The position numbers and the translations under genes were made by a program. Source: Oopsacas minuta (Eukaryota; Animalia; Porifera). Taken from it: a stretch of DNA of 64,000 nt. The notes under the pieces are model-generated. The model did not search any database. It saw only the letters and a program-made list of their open reading frames with translations, and had not been told where the DNA came from. Where the stretch lies: assembly GCA_024704765.1 (NCBI GenBank), contig JAKMXF010000222.1, positions 124,001 to 188,000 of the forward strand, given 5' to 3'. Within the stretch, counting starts at the first letter, position 1. Every line of letters starts with the position of its first letter. Below are positions 24,073 to 38,000 of this stretch, piece by piece.

Positions 24073-24828
24073 CTATACCTCCACATAAATATCCTGTGTC
24101 TCTCGACTACGTAGACACATAACACAATAACTAAGTACTACTCCAGTAATCTCAAAGAGTGCCAGGAGTATAGCAACCGAAATGAGAATAGCTCCCCACA
24201 TTTCTACTGTGTTGAAGAACAATTCAACACACCCAACTTGATAAATATCAGAATATTGTATGCAGAAGTCATAACTTGATGTCGAATTGTCCCCACAACA
24301 GCTAAGGGGTGTAATCGCGTTATCATATTTGTTGTTAATCCACGATACATCTTTCCAGTCATCTGGTCCGTATGCACCACAACAAAGCAGGCTTTGTTGG
24401 ATATTATCAATCGCCTCGGTTATGGCATCGTCACTTTGGTATTGATATTGATCCATATTAGCTAACATAGCGAATCCCATTTGCTCATAGATATCACTAC
24501 GGAACACTACAGCTAAAATCCCACCGATTATTTGTACAACTAAAACTATTATCAGTAGAATATTGTATGTTAGGAGAATGCTAGAATTAGCGCAGACGGC
24601 CCCTATAATACCCAGAAACCCCAGAACAATAAGCAGAACTCCGCACAGACCGATTACAATAACAGGTACTACAATATACACAGCGCTTGTAGTGTTAAGG
24701 AATATGTCATAAGTACGCGAGGCTATGAAAAAATCAGCTGCTACGTAGAGTAGGATCCCAGCTATCACCCAAAGTAGAACATTGAAGATTACCAGTAAGA
24801 TTGCAAATAGTATTCGCCAGAAACCCAT
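24073..24828 (-). CDS. Tetraspanin, intronless
   Basis: Four hydrophobic segments; large extracellular loop with CCG and PLSCC motifs and a GC before TM4. Confidence 0.92.
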   Translation of the reverse strand: MGFWRILFAILLVIFNVLLWVIAGILLYVAADFFIASRTYDIFLNTTSAVYIVVPVIVIGLCGVLLIVLGFLGIIGAVCANSSILLTYNILLIIVLVVQIIGGILAVVFRSDIYEQMGFAMLANMDQYQYQSDDAITEAIDNIQQSLLCCGAYGPDDWKDVSWINNKYDNAITPLSCCGDNSTSSYDFCIQYSDIYQVGCVELFFNTVEMWGAILISVAILLALFEITGVVLSYCVMCLRSRETQDIYVEV

Positions 24829-25460
24829 TTCTATATGGTATGTAGACTAGAACTAATATTTGTGTATGAATCTATTAATAATAATACTAAGTGGTTATAA
24901 TCAAATATATACCTACGAAATTGCCTAATGCACGAAGGCTTATTACAACAGAAAAGAATCAGATAACTGCTAGAACCCCATACAAATGAGTCATTCCTCA
25001 TCTGTTGGTTTCCATGTTATATATTCAATATGCTACTGATTGTTTGTTTGTTTGTTTGGGACTTTAACATGCACTTGACAGGCTCTTGATAACTTATATG
25101 GTTGTGTTATGCAGCATTTATAAATATTTGTAAATATTAATAATATGCGTATATCGAACCTCCTCTAACGGGCCTGTGGAAACGAGGAACTTATGGAAAC
25201 GGAGTGAAAAAATAAAACAAAAATTCCTGGTCCCATACGAGAGAACCTGCACAAATGGGGAATTTGGCAAAACTGGGAAACGGGGCAGCATTTTTGGCAT
25301 CCCTGAAGGTTACATAGTATAAAACCCCCATGGGTAGTCAAAACGAATGGACAAGTTCTTCCAAATATATTCATATATGATAAAACTGAGCCATGAAATA
25401 TTGTCAAATAAATTAAAAATATAGCAAACTATATGTAAAATCCGAAATACAAAACTATTA

Positions 25461-26866
25461 CTACCTTTTCTTCCGTGGTTTCAATTCTTCATCAGCTTTT
25501 CGTAAGAAAATATAATTCTTTTTGCTTGGATCGAATTTCTCATGCCCTTTTGACCAATCATAACTAACTGCATAGCCGAAAATCTGTCCAGTAAAATTAA
25601 AATCACAAGAAACAATAGGTTGTGTCATTTGTTCAGAAGTTTTAAGCTTAGTACGAGCGTTTTTATCCCAGTAGCTGAACTTATTATCAGAGCCAACAGT
25701 AGCTAATGTTCCATGTACAGGGTGTACTGATATATCATTAACGACATAAATATCCTGTATTTGTGAGGTATTTTGCGGCGGAGCTGACCTATGGCATTTA
25801 AATGTGAAATTATCTACACTAGGATTAGGTGTGTTTATATAATGTATAGCAACACGGCCTTCAATAGAACCTAATGCGAATCCAGAAGGTTTATCTTTAT
25901 CAGAGAATATACTCACACAGCGGTGTTGGTATTTGAGAGGGGAATCAATCTGTTTTAATAAAGCAGGTGTGTTTTCTAGGTTGTAGAGTATTACTCCTCG
26001 ATTAGCTGTCCCAACAACACAAAGTGGGAAAACCTATGGAAAACCGTGATTAGTATTTAATTAGTTGAAATACTAATCAGCCAATAGGAATTTAACCGGA
26101 TTAAAAGTCGTTGAAAAACAGATTTTGTTTTATGAGAGACCGTATATATATGTGGGTACAGTGAAATCTCCACAGACGAGGCCTGTGGAAACGGAGTGAA
26201 AATTAAATAGAGAGAATCAACAGTCCCTTAAAATGAACCTACACAAACGGGGGAATTTGGATTCTCGGCGTCCCTGACACCCCGTTTGTGGAGGGTACAC
26301 TGTATAAGTAAAACTGACCACATCAGTACAATAACATCTCTCCGGTAGCTGAATAGAGAGCTGAGGCGTAGAGCTTCTCGTGTCCCAGAACTTCAAAGTC
26401 TTATCCCATGATCCAGTCATTAGACAGCTATAAGATTTCCCTTCTATCCAATGTACAGACTTGATAGGGCTCTCATGCATTGCTACATTCATTGACTGGT
26501 TAGTAGCGAGATCCCATATTTTAGCATAGTTGTCACATCCAACTGTAAATGCCTTTGTTCCGTCCTAGGAACAGCGTATTAAGTAGTGCATAACTTGCGC
26601 AAATTATATGCAAGATTTCGTCAACATACCGAATGCCAGCAGCATGACAACGCAGGTCCCTCATGTGCTATCTGGGCCTTCAATACAGAACCAGTATCAG
26701 CTATTTCCCAGCATCTAACTGTATTATCCCAAGAGCTACATAGTATATAGTTAGCATTTGGAGAGAATTTGATCATGCTGATAGAGTCATCCGGGCAGTT
26801 AGGTAACTCCACGTCCTTCATAGGGTTGTGATTAGTAAGGAGATTTCCAAAATTCATGCCTGTCAT
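25461..26866 (-). CDS. RAE1: mRNA export factor RAE1/Gle2, multi-exon
   Basis: [56 protein letters not shown]. Confidence 0.95.
26157..26304. mobile_element. Family C MITE in a RAE1 intron
   Basis: tacagtgaaatctccacagacgagg ... ccccgtttgtggagggtacactgta. Confidence 0.82.
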
Positions 26867-26975
26867 CCACCTGCAACTAATGATCAATCAATACAATAAT
26901 ATGTAACACTAATTAGATAAAGGAGAAGTAATTGAATTTTAGAATTGTTTAATAATTAGCCCATAATTTCTACTG

Positions 26976-27632
26976 TCACTCTTCATAATAGAAAGGTTTT
27001 TCTGAGTTGAAATAATTAAGAAATTGCCAACGAGTTGACTTTAGCGGTGAGAGAGGTGGGATGCCTTGGAAAGGTCTTGTGTAAGAGTAGCACTGATCGA
27101 AAACAGAATCTATTATTTCCCTAGCTTGGTCATAACTAACTCCTTCCTTTACTGTAGAAATAGATTGAGCCGCGCGGTGTTTCACACATTCGCGATTATG
27201 AGATTTGAAACCAAAATTGAAACGTATAAAGTTTTCTTTCGAAAAGGAGCATTCACCACTCAAATTCGCTGCCCTTACCTCAGTACAAGCTAAATGTTTC
27301 AAATCATGCCAATCCAAATTTACGGACTTGTCATCAAACGAATGTACCAATTCATGTGTCAGAACTTCATTCATATGTATCTGCGAATAGATATTATTTT
27401 CGCAAAGAACAATTTGTTGTCGACGAGGATCGAATCCACCAGCTACCCTAGGCGAACAAGGTTCACAGGCAAAATCTCTTGAAATTTTGACTGGAAATCC
27501 AGCCTCATGCATTGATATCAACATGTGTATTACAGTGGGATCAGTTTTGATGCTGCGTGCGAACCGTGTGAGACAAGTGCTATGGGAACGTGGGTCAGTA
27601 GAAGTATATTCTGTGGATACATCTTCACCCAT
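26976..27632 (-). CDS. ATP23: Mitochondrial inner membrane protease ATP23
   Basis: Metalloprotease motif HELVH, plus AGGFDP and HLACTEVRAANLSGEC. Start at MGEDV is inferred. Confidence 0.92.
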   Translation of the reverse strand: MGEDVSTEYTSTDPRSHSTCLTRFARSIKTDPTVIHMLISMHEAGFPVKISRDFACEPCSPRVAGGFDPRRQQIVLCENNIYSQIHMNEVLTHELVHSFDDKSVNLDWHDLKHLACTEVRAANLSGECSFSKENFIRFNFGFKSHNRECVKHRAAQSISTVKEGVSYDQAREIIDSVFDQCYSYTRPFQGIPPLSPLKSTRWQFLNYFNSEKPFYYEE

Positions 27633-27805
27633 AATGGCTATACAGTGAAAAATTGAGAATGAAGAAACCAATTGGATAGTATAGAGGTAACGTTCATATT
27701 TTTCAATTTTTGATAAAATTCTAAATCGTGATACGTTGTTCCCCATATGATTGTGAAAGGGTAGATAAATGAACACGAATTAATTAACCGATCGCTACGC
27801 TTCAA

Positions 27806-28065
27806 ATATAATAGCCTCTTGGAAGTATTTACTATTCTCTGGAAATTTTAATAGCCTCTAGAAAAATACAATATTCTCTGGGACATTTTACTATAATCTG
27901 GAACATATAATAGCCTCTGGAAAATAAAATAGCTTCTGGAAAATATAATAGCCTCTGGAACATATAAATAGCCTCTGGAAAATAATATAGCCTCTGGAAT
28001 ATATAAGAGCCTCTGAAAATATAATAGCCTCTAAGACAATATAATCATATCCTGGAAACTATAAT
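27806..28065 (+). repeat. Degenerate tandem array of about 19-20-bp units (atataatagcctctggaa)
   Basis: About a dozen imperfect copies of AATAGCCTCTGGAA, in reverse-complement orientation to the array at 28221-28645. Confidence 0.85.
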
Positions 28066-28220
28066 ATTATCCCAGAGAATAGTATCATGTATGCACACAT
28101 GTCATCGAGGAGAATAATGCTCCAAGAGGGTATTATTTCCGACAAAATAGTATTGTTATTATACCCATAGCTAGTAACTTCTCAGTGTTTTTTTCCAAAG
28201 GCCATTAAATTATTCCAGAT

Positions 28221-28645
28221 GAATTATATTATCATAGAGGCTGATATATTATTCCAGAGCAATTATATTATAATAGAGGCTGATATATTATTCCAGAGTA
28301 ATTATATTATAATAGAGGCTGATATATTATTCCAGAGTAATTATATTATAATAGAGGCTGATATATTATTCCAGAGTAATTATATTATAATAGAGGCTGA
28401 TATATTATTCCAGAGTAATTATATTATAATAGAGGCTGATATATTATTCCAGAGTAATTATATTATAATAGAGGCTGATATATTATTCCAGAGCAATTAT
28501 ATTATAATAGAGGCTGATATATTATTCCAGAGCAATTATATTATAATAGAGGCTGATATATTATTCCAGAGCAATTATATTATAATAGAGGCTGATATAT
28601 TATTCCAGAGCAATTATATTATAATAGAGGCTGATATATTATTAG
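28221..28645 (+). repeat. 39-bp minisatellite, about 11 near-perfect copies
   Basis: Unit aattatattataatagaggctgatatattattccagag(c/t), itself a dimer of diverged 19-20-bp subunits. It produces the spurious ORF (NYIIIEADILFQS)n. Confidence 0.95.
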
Positions 28646-29035
28646 ACATAATTATACTATCTGGGGCTTAACTAGATATATCCATATTGGTAAAATTGTT
28701 CCACTTATGCTTGCAGGTAATTACGTACACAATACATAGTTTTAAGTTCTGCTATTTCAATATACGTATTCTCGTTCTCATAAATTTATGATGGTATGCC
28801 GTATTTGGAAAATATTGGAATCATCAGCCAAGTATACCGCGAGTTTGTATCCCATACGAATCAATCAATGATGAGTACATATTTTCAGAAAAATGAAACA
28901 AGAAATAACACACACACACTCTAACAAAGTAAAGCTTATACCTGACCTATGACTAACAAATATATCTCAACCTATTTTGAGGAGTATATACCTAGTTTAC
29001 TCAATTCGAAACAATAAAAATGTACAAAATACTCT

Positions 29036-32000
29036 TTAATCATCTTTGGACAGCTGGGAGTATTGGTGGGTTGGACTCTCAGTCTCCTTTTCTTTTTCAA
29101 CAATATCATCAGATGCGAGAAGACTTTCGTAGGCCTTTCCATCACCACTCTTCTCTGGAGTCTTAGACACAACTGCGTAGCGTTCCTCAGTTGCTACATC
29201 TTGTTTCGCAGTTTCTTTATCTAAGTCCACTTGCTTTGGTGTTTCATAAGCAGGATTAGTTATAGCTGTGTTTTCCTCTTTTGTTAGATCGCCGCTTTCT
29301 TTGGCTTTTGATGGCATCGTGTATTTTCCGGAAATACCACCTGAAGTCTGAGAAGATGGTGGAAGATCGGCTCTTCTTCTGAATATAACTTCTTGTACCT
29401 GAGCATTCCGCAATACAACCAAAAAGAAGAATACCGCACCTGTAGGTGCTGTCAGAAGAATCGTAACCCATTCGATAATCGTTGTTGCTACTAAAGAGGT
29501 AATAAATACGTTTATAATACCGAGTATCCATGGAATGCTTAGAATGGGCAATAGAACAATAATTGCTAATGCTGTTTTCTTTATTGCATCAAACTCATCA
29601 ACTTTATCTCCCTTCGCTCGAATTGTGAGGAATATTTTGATTATTGAAATAATTGCTGCAACAGTTGTTACTACCAGTAAGAGAATGAAAGGCACAAAGA
29701 AACCCCACAATAAACCATTATTATACGATAAGAAGCAATGGTCACCAATAACGACATAATCATTTCGAGATAGACCTACAGCAGCGGTAATAATCACAAT
29801 TGGTAATGGTAGACCCCAGCCTATGATCATCATAGCCCACCAAATTCGTCGTCTCTTGAACACACCAATGTAAAGGATGTATATCATAAATATAGAGATA
29901 GCAAAACTCCATGAAAATACACTCAGCCAGAAATAATGCAATAGGAATGCAACAATGCTACAACCAGCTATCGAGTCTCTCGCTGTTTGGATACCAAAGA
30001 TGAACACACTTGTGGCCAATGCCATCGAGAAAGCATAGTTAAAATAGAGAATGTTGATTTCAACTTTGAAGAACTTTTTCGCAGCTATTAAAAAGAATAT
30101 GATGGAAACAACTAAGAATATGAGTGAGATAGACAGCAATATATAAGATATGATAGAGAGAGCCAGAGTTTCCGCAGGAGTAATAAAGAATTCTTGGGCA
30201 CGAATTAACACACCGAAACTAGTCGTGTGTTCAGGCATGCAAGATGTCAAACCGTTGTCAATTATCTCCGTCCTAATATCAGCAACAAAAGCGTTTGTTA
30301 TTGGATCGATGAACGAACATTCCTGAATGGCTGTATTTATATCTGGTGATTCAAAAATGATATTTGGTGGATTATCCGAAAAGTCTCGCCTCTGGTTTCC
30401 ATTAACAAAGACACTCAGGGCAACGAGGACAGTGTTCAATTCTGGGGTTGTGGTGAGCTCATCTTCTTGGTCTCTTGTAAGAGGACTTGATATTCTAGCA
30501 GTTGCGACACCAACTACGTCTACAAATAGAGGAAATAGCATAATATTCACTATTCTGTGAATATCATATCGTAACAAATGAAGTACTGGGAATAATATTT
30601 CATACTTACCAGTTGATTCAAAGTCGTTCCCAATAGTTACAGACTCTCCTGAGGCGACATCTAAAGAGATATCTTCATTTGGTTGTGGTTCAACCAGCAT
30701 AGCTCTAATTATGATATTCGGGGAATTTATTACTCTGGTCTCTCCAGGGTCTAACTGGTTGACTATATTGTTAGATATGTCCTCCGCGCCTCTTGCTTGT
30801 AATCCTACGGCAGCAGGTACTGAGAGCGGCATCATCACATCAGGATTTACAGGTACATCAGCTGGAAAAATTTATATAATAATATTCAATGTCTATTATA
30901 AATGAAGAAGGCATTGGAAAAGTACAAAATATATTTTATGGATATTAACTCACGTTCTACTACTAATCCTCCAATATCTCCAAGCAAAAGCAGCAAGCTT
31001 TCTGCTTCTCCATCTGTTATATTTCTATTAGGATTAGCAACACTATCAACTATTAAAGCTGCTACATTCAATAATTGACTTGCTTGTTCGGTGCTATTCT
31101 GTACTGAATCAATCCCAATTAGAGACTCTGCTACCTGTAGAAAGAGCAAAATAACAAAACATTCTGTATTTGAGTATTAATGCTAAAGCACACTACTTAC
31201 AGATATTAATCCCAGAGCAACCTCAGGAGTCAATGGTTCATCCAGAGGTATATTATTGATAACGTCTAAAGTTGCTTCCACAGATTGGACTGTTACTATT
31301 ACTGTTGCAGACACGACTCCAGCTGGATTAGTTGCAATACATTGAAATTCGAATATGCCAATGTTCGTAGCATTGAATATAAGATTATATACATCACCAA
31401 AATCAGAATTTTCGAAGAATTGTGTTTGTAGCCCATTATTGTTAACGATATTTACTTCTACATCAGTACCGGTTGCGGTGCAAGGATATTCCAAAAGTGT
31501 TCCCTGTGTCCAAGTAAGGGTTTGCTGTGGAAATGAAACTATAGGGGCTAAATGAAACAGACAAATTTATAGATTTTGAAGTTCACGTAAGACGTATCAG
31601 TCAAGATGGTTTTTTCATACTCGGGTTTTCTTACTATATTTTCATGCTAAGATTGTAAGAATGTGGAAATAACAGATTTCAACTATTTCTATGCAGGAAA
31701 TATATGAAATCCTACATTTTTTCGATCTGAGCAAGAAAATTATTAAGAATAAACAGGAGTCAAACGTATTCAAAAGGAACATACGGTCTATAGGTGTGAC
31801 AGTGACCAACGTAGATGTTGGAGTAGAAATTGAGGGAGTAGGAGTTCCAGTAGTGTTAACTGGGATCACAAAGTCTCTACAATACGGTAGTCTGTTATTG
31901 TAAACCACAGCTGTGTTTAAAATGTAGAAGGATTCAGGGTAAAGGTTGAGAAATATAGTACATAGGTTAGTGTCAGTTTCAATCCTTGCAGCCTAATAGT

Positions 32001-35000
32001 AGGGAAAAAAAGATTTCAAGAAGAACTTACTAAAAAGTTTTCAATTAGTTTGGTTCATAAATAATACACTTACAATGACGTTTGATGTTGAGAAGCTACA
32101 AGTTCTTTGTGCTGCAATGTTATTGTACAAACTATATATAGAGAAACTGCATTGACTCCCAGGGTATGCACCACAGCCATAATAATAGTCATAATTGTAT
32201 GAAGGGGAATTTCCATTATTACTTTCACCATCAAAACAGTCATAATTGTATCCGTAATATGTTACAAATGACAATGGTGCTGGTGGACCGTATGAATCCC
32301 CACAACCTTGAGGGGGATCGAATAGCAATGTATAGTAGACACCTATTGGATAACACAAATTTAAGAATTATTCAATATTAATTCATTTCTAAATTATCTT
32401 AATTTTGAATACTGAACTCACTCAGAGATAGAATTCCATCCAATAAGTAACCATTTGGTAAGTAGATATTTTGTGTGACATTCCGTATAGCATCTATTGA
32501 TAGACTTTGTTCGATTTGATCAATTACATAAGGTGGTATATCGATGGTGACATTCGATGCCAGTGATGGCAGAATAGAATCTATGAGTTGTCTGATGGAA
32601 TCTTCATTCAATGCTTCTCCGTGGTAAAATGTTAAAGAGTGTGAATATGTCAACGAGGAGTGGTATAACGTCACAATTATCAATTGTCTAGAAAGGAAAT
32701 ATACAGACAAAGAGTTATATGTAAATACTAATATTGATACTATTGCAATGCATACCTCGTTAACAAATGTTATAACATCGAAGCTAGAGATTGAATCGAG
32801 TGTACCTTCAATTACAAAGAGAAGATCGTCTCTTAAACTGTTAAACTCATATTCAAATTGTTCAGAGTTAATGTATCCAACAGTCAGAATCACAACACTG
32901 TCCAGAACATCACTGAAATCTTGTAATGATTGAGCTAGAATCGCAGTACAATACACCAGAGTATCAGCACAGAGGGCTAGAAGGGAATACAATACGTGAA
33001 TAATTACACTATATTTCCTGTTAAAGAATACAAATAACTTTCTACTTACATTGACAATATCGTCGTTCAGATTGATTTTGACCTATCAAAGGACAGACCA
33101 GATTGGCAAGGATTGCGTCTACACATAAAGTGGCACCTTCACTCGATGGAATTGCATAACGTAGCTCGTTGAATTTGTTTTCGAATAGGTAAGACTGACT
33201 GAATACTTGAAGAATGGGGCGAATAATGCTCATCCTTTGAGGCTATATTTGGAAAGTGAAATAGTAAGTATACCATCATGTCAAAAGAAATTATATTCTA
33301 AGAATATTTGTACTCTAAAATTACTTACCAAATCTTGTAAAACTTCCAAGTAGCCTATAATATCCTGAATATTGTCATTAAGCAACAGTTCAGTCAGTAC
33401 ACAAGTGATATTTTCTTCTAACCCAGGAATATTCAATACCTCAGAGATTGTGTAAAGTATTTGTTCTACCCCAGTGTCATTTCCAACGATTTCCCCAACG
33501 ATTTCTAGTCCTAGATCTGTTCCATCCCAGTAATATCCTTACTAGATTTCTAGCTCTTACTTCAGGGTACATACTACAAATAACATGGATATATAATAAA
33601 ATAGTTGCGACCGGTCAAAGTGGATCTTTCAATCCTAAACTAATACACACCTGAAGTTCTGGTGTAGCTCATAGAATAAGTCATCAATGAGGTTAAATAT
33701 CTCTGGATAGTATGGCTGTAGGACTTCATCATTAACTCCACCCAAATATGTCAAAGCAGGAGATAGAGTTGCATTCAGTAATTGTCTCAATGCAGCTGGA
33801 TCACCTTCAGCTATGTCATCTGAATATTAGATTTGTAAATGGTGATGTTTTTTGATTGTATACAACATTTCAATATTTATGACACTTACCTACAAAGTCT
33901 GAAACGCTCGTGCCAATAGTAGCTACAGTCTCTGTTGTATCTAGAATGTACTCAGTACCTTCTATTACATCATATGTGACAACAGTACGAATAGCTTGAT
34001 CCTCTGTGCATTCATTTGTAACGCATGTTATTGGTTGAATTAAGAAGTCTCGAACAATATGGAAGTCTATTATTGTAATCGATCCCATTTCTCAAGATTT
34101 CAATCGATTCAGGATAAAGTGATAGGAATACTGAACAAAGATTCGTGGGTGTATATATTGTTGCATTCTAAAATGTACAATAAGTTAGTGTACTCTGATG
34201 TAATTATGAAAGAAAAATTGCAGTCGACATCTGCTATCTCGAGCATTTCATATTCTTCCCGAAAAATTCCAGCCTTTACGTGACTATTTTGAAATTCTCA
34301 TATTCACAAATTGTAACCATACCACTGTCCTCAAACCGTACCCCGCAGCTATGAACATATGTCCTACCACCTGGAACTATGGGCTACAGGGCCATAGCAC
34401 GCTCGTGAAAACCTGTCAGGCTGTGGCAGGACGGCCGGACAAAAGGCTACGACCATGTATTGCAAATAGTTACAGTATTGACACATAACTTAGTTTTTGT
34501 TCAGCTTCCACGAATCGAGTAAAATACAATTTGTTTGCATTAATTGGAGGCCATAAATTAACACGAACATTGGCTATCTGGAATATATTTTGATTTCCCT
34601 TGAAGTTTCGGGTTCCCTGATGTTGACTATAGTTGTTTCATAAATAATATACTTACAATGACGTTTGATGTTGAGAAGCTACAAGTTCTTTGTGCTGCAA
34701 TGTTATCGTACAAACTGTATATAGAGAAACTGCATTGACTCCCAGGGTATGCACCACAGCCATAATAATAGTCATAATTGTATGAAGGGGAATTTCCATT
34801 ATTACTTTCACCATCAAAACAGTCATAATTGTATCCGTAATATGTTACAAATGATAATGGTGCTGGTGGACCGTATGAATCTCCACAACCTTGAGGGGGA
34901 TCGAATAGCAATGTATAGTAGACACCTATTGGATAACACAAATTTAAGAATTATTTATTGATTTTATTCCAATATTTTATTCGTAATATTTTTTAAATAT

Positions 35001-38000
35001 ACTGAACTCACTCAGAGATAGAATTCCATCCAATAAGTAACCATTTGGTAAGTAGATGATGTTTTGTGTGACATTCCGTATAGCATCTATTGACAGACTT
35101 TGTTCGATTTGATCAATCACATAAGGTGGTATATCAATGGTGACATTCGATGCCAGTGATGGCAGAATAGAATCTATGTGTTGTCTGATGGAATCTTCAT
35201 TCAATGCTTCTCGTGGTAAAATGTTAAAGAGTGTGAATATGTCAACGAGGAGTGGTATAACGTCACAATTATCAATTGTCTAGAAAGGGAATATACAGAC
35301 AAAGAGTTATATGTAAATACTAATATTGATACTATTGCAATGCATACCTCGTTAACAAATGTTATAACATCGAAGCTAGAGATTGAATCGAGTGTACCTT
35401 CAATTACAAAGAGAAGATCGTCTCTTAAACTGTTAAACTCATATTCAAATTGTTCAGAGTTAATGTATCCACCAGTCAGAATCACAACACTGTCCAGAAC
35501 ATCACTGAAATCTTGTAATGATTGAGCTAGAATCGCAGTACAATACACCAGAGTATCAGCACAGAGGGCTAGAAGGGAATACAATACGTGAATAACTACA
35601 CTATATTTCCTGTTATAAATTGCAAATAACTTTCTACCTACATTGACAATATCGTCGTTCATATGGAGGTTGATCTATCAAAGGACAGACCAGATTGGCA
35701 AGGATTGCGTCTACACATAAAGTAGCACCTTCACTCGATGGAATTGCATAACGTAGCTCGTTGAATTTGTTTTCGAATAGGTAAGATTGACTGAATACTT
35801 GAAGAATGGGGCGAATAATGCTCATCCTTTGAGGCTATATTTGGAAAGTGAAATAGTAAGTATACCATCATGTCAAAAGAAATTATATTCTAAGAATATT
35901 TGTACTCTAAAATTACTCACCAAATCTTGTAAAACTTCCAAGTAGCCTATAATATCCTGAATATTGTCATTAAGCAACAGTTCAGTCAGTATACAAGTGA
36001 TATTTTCTTCTAACCCAGGAATATTCAATACGTCAGAGATTGTGTAAAGTATTTGTTCTACCCCAGTGTCATTTCCAACGATTTCCCCAACGATTTCTAG
36101 TCCTAGATCTGCTCCATCCAGTAATACCCTTACTAGATTTCTAGCTCTTTCTTCAGGGTATATACTACAAATAATATGGATAAATGATAAATTTGTTTGG
36201 TAACCGGTCAAAGTGAATATTTCAATCCTAAACTAATACACACCTGAAGTTCTGGTGTAGCTCATAGAATAAGTCATCAATGAGGTTAAATATCTCTGGA
36301 TAGTATGGCTGTAGGACTTCATCATTAACTCCACCCAAATATGTCAAAGCAGGAGATAGAGTTGCATTCAGTAATTGTCTCAATGCAGCTGGATCACCTT
36401 CAGCTATGTCATCTGAATATTAGATTTGTAAATGGTGATGTTTTTTGATTGTATACAACATTTCAATATTTATGACACTTACCTACAAAGTCTGAAACGC
36501 TTGTACCAATAGTAGCTACAGTCTCTGTTGTATCTAGAATGTACTCAGTACCTTCTATTACATCATATGTAACAACAGTACGAATAGCTTGATCCTCTGT
36601 GCATTCATTTGTAACGCATGTTATTGGTTGAATTAAGAAGTCTCGACAATATGGAAGTCTATTATTGTAATCGATCCCATTTCTCAAGATTTCAATCGAT
36701 TCAGGATAAAGTGATAGGAATACTGAACAAAGATTCGTGCGTGTATATATTGTTGCATTCTGAAAAGTACAATAAATTCGAGTAGTTAGATGTATAACGT
36801 ATCAGATATTTAAAGACAATATACTTACAATGACGTTTGATGTTGAGAAACTACAAGTTCTTTGTGCTGCAATGTTATCGTACAAACTGTATATGGAGAA
36901 ACTGCATTGAGCCCCAGGGTATGCACCACAGCCATAATAATAGTCATAATTGTATGAAGGGGAATTTCCATTATTACTTTCACCATCAAAACAGTCATAA
37001 TTGTATCCGTAATATGTTACAAATGACAGTGGTGCTGGTGGACCGTATGAATCCCCACAACCTTGAGGGGGATCGAATAGCAATGTATAGTAGACACCTA
37101 TTGGATAACACAAATTTAAGAATTATTTATTGATTTTATTCCAATATTTTATTCGTAATATTTTTTAAATATACTGAACTCACTCAGAGATAGAATTCCA
37201 TCCAATAAGTAACCATTTGGTAAGTAGATGATGTTTTGTGTGACATTCCGTATAGCATCTATTGACAGACTTTGTTCGATTTGATCAATCACATAAGGTG
37301 GTATATCAATGGTGACATTCGATGCCAGTGATGGCAGAATAGAATCTATGAGTTGTCTGATGGAATCTTCATTCAATGCTTCTGGTGGTAAAATGTTAAA
37401 GAGTGTGAATATGTCAACGAGGAGTGGTATAACGTCACAATTATCAATTGTCTAGAAAGGGAATATACAGACAAAGAGTTATATGTAAATACTAATATTG
37501 ATACTATTGCAATGCATACCTCGTTAACAAATGTTATAACATCGAAGCTAGAGATTGAATCGAGTGTACCTTCAATTACAAAGAGAAGATCGTCTCTTAA
37601 ACTGTTAAACTCATATTCAAATTGTTCAGAGTTAATGTATCCACCAGTCAGAATCACAACACTGTCCAGAACATCACTGAAATCTTGTAATGATTGAGCT
37701 AGAATCGCAGTACAATACACCAGAGTATCAGCACAGAGGGCTAGAAGGGAATACAATACGTGAATAACTACACTATATTTCCTGTTATAAATTACAAATA
37801 ACTTTCTACCTACATTGACAATATCGTCGTTCATATGGAGGTTGATCTATCAAAGGACAGACCAGATTGGCAAGGATTGCGTCTACACATAAAGTAGCAC
37901 CTTCACTCGATGGAATTGCATAACGTAGCTCGTTGAATTTGTTTTCGAATAGGTAAGACTGACTGAATACTTGAAGAATGGGGCGAATAATGCTCATCCT

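Noticed and set aside
28219-28671. 150-aa repetitive ORF, or a possible CRISPR-like array
   Set aside because: Units are contiguous 39-bp repeats with no unique spacers. The ORF is a by-product of a 3n stop-free unit and lies antisense to the gene cluster.
32399-32992. Continuous 197-aa ORF in module 4, suggesting regulated intron retention
   Set aside because: A 68-nt intron plus a +1 insertion happens to restore frame. Upstream frameshifts in the same module already break it, so coincidence or assembly error is more likely.
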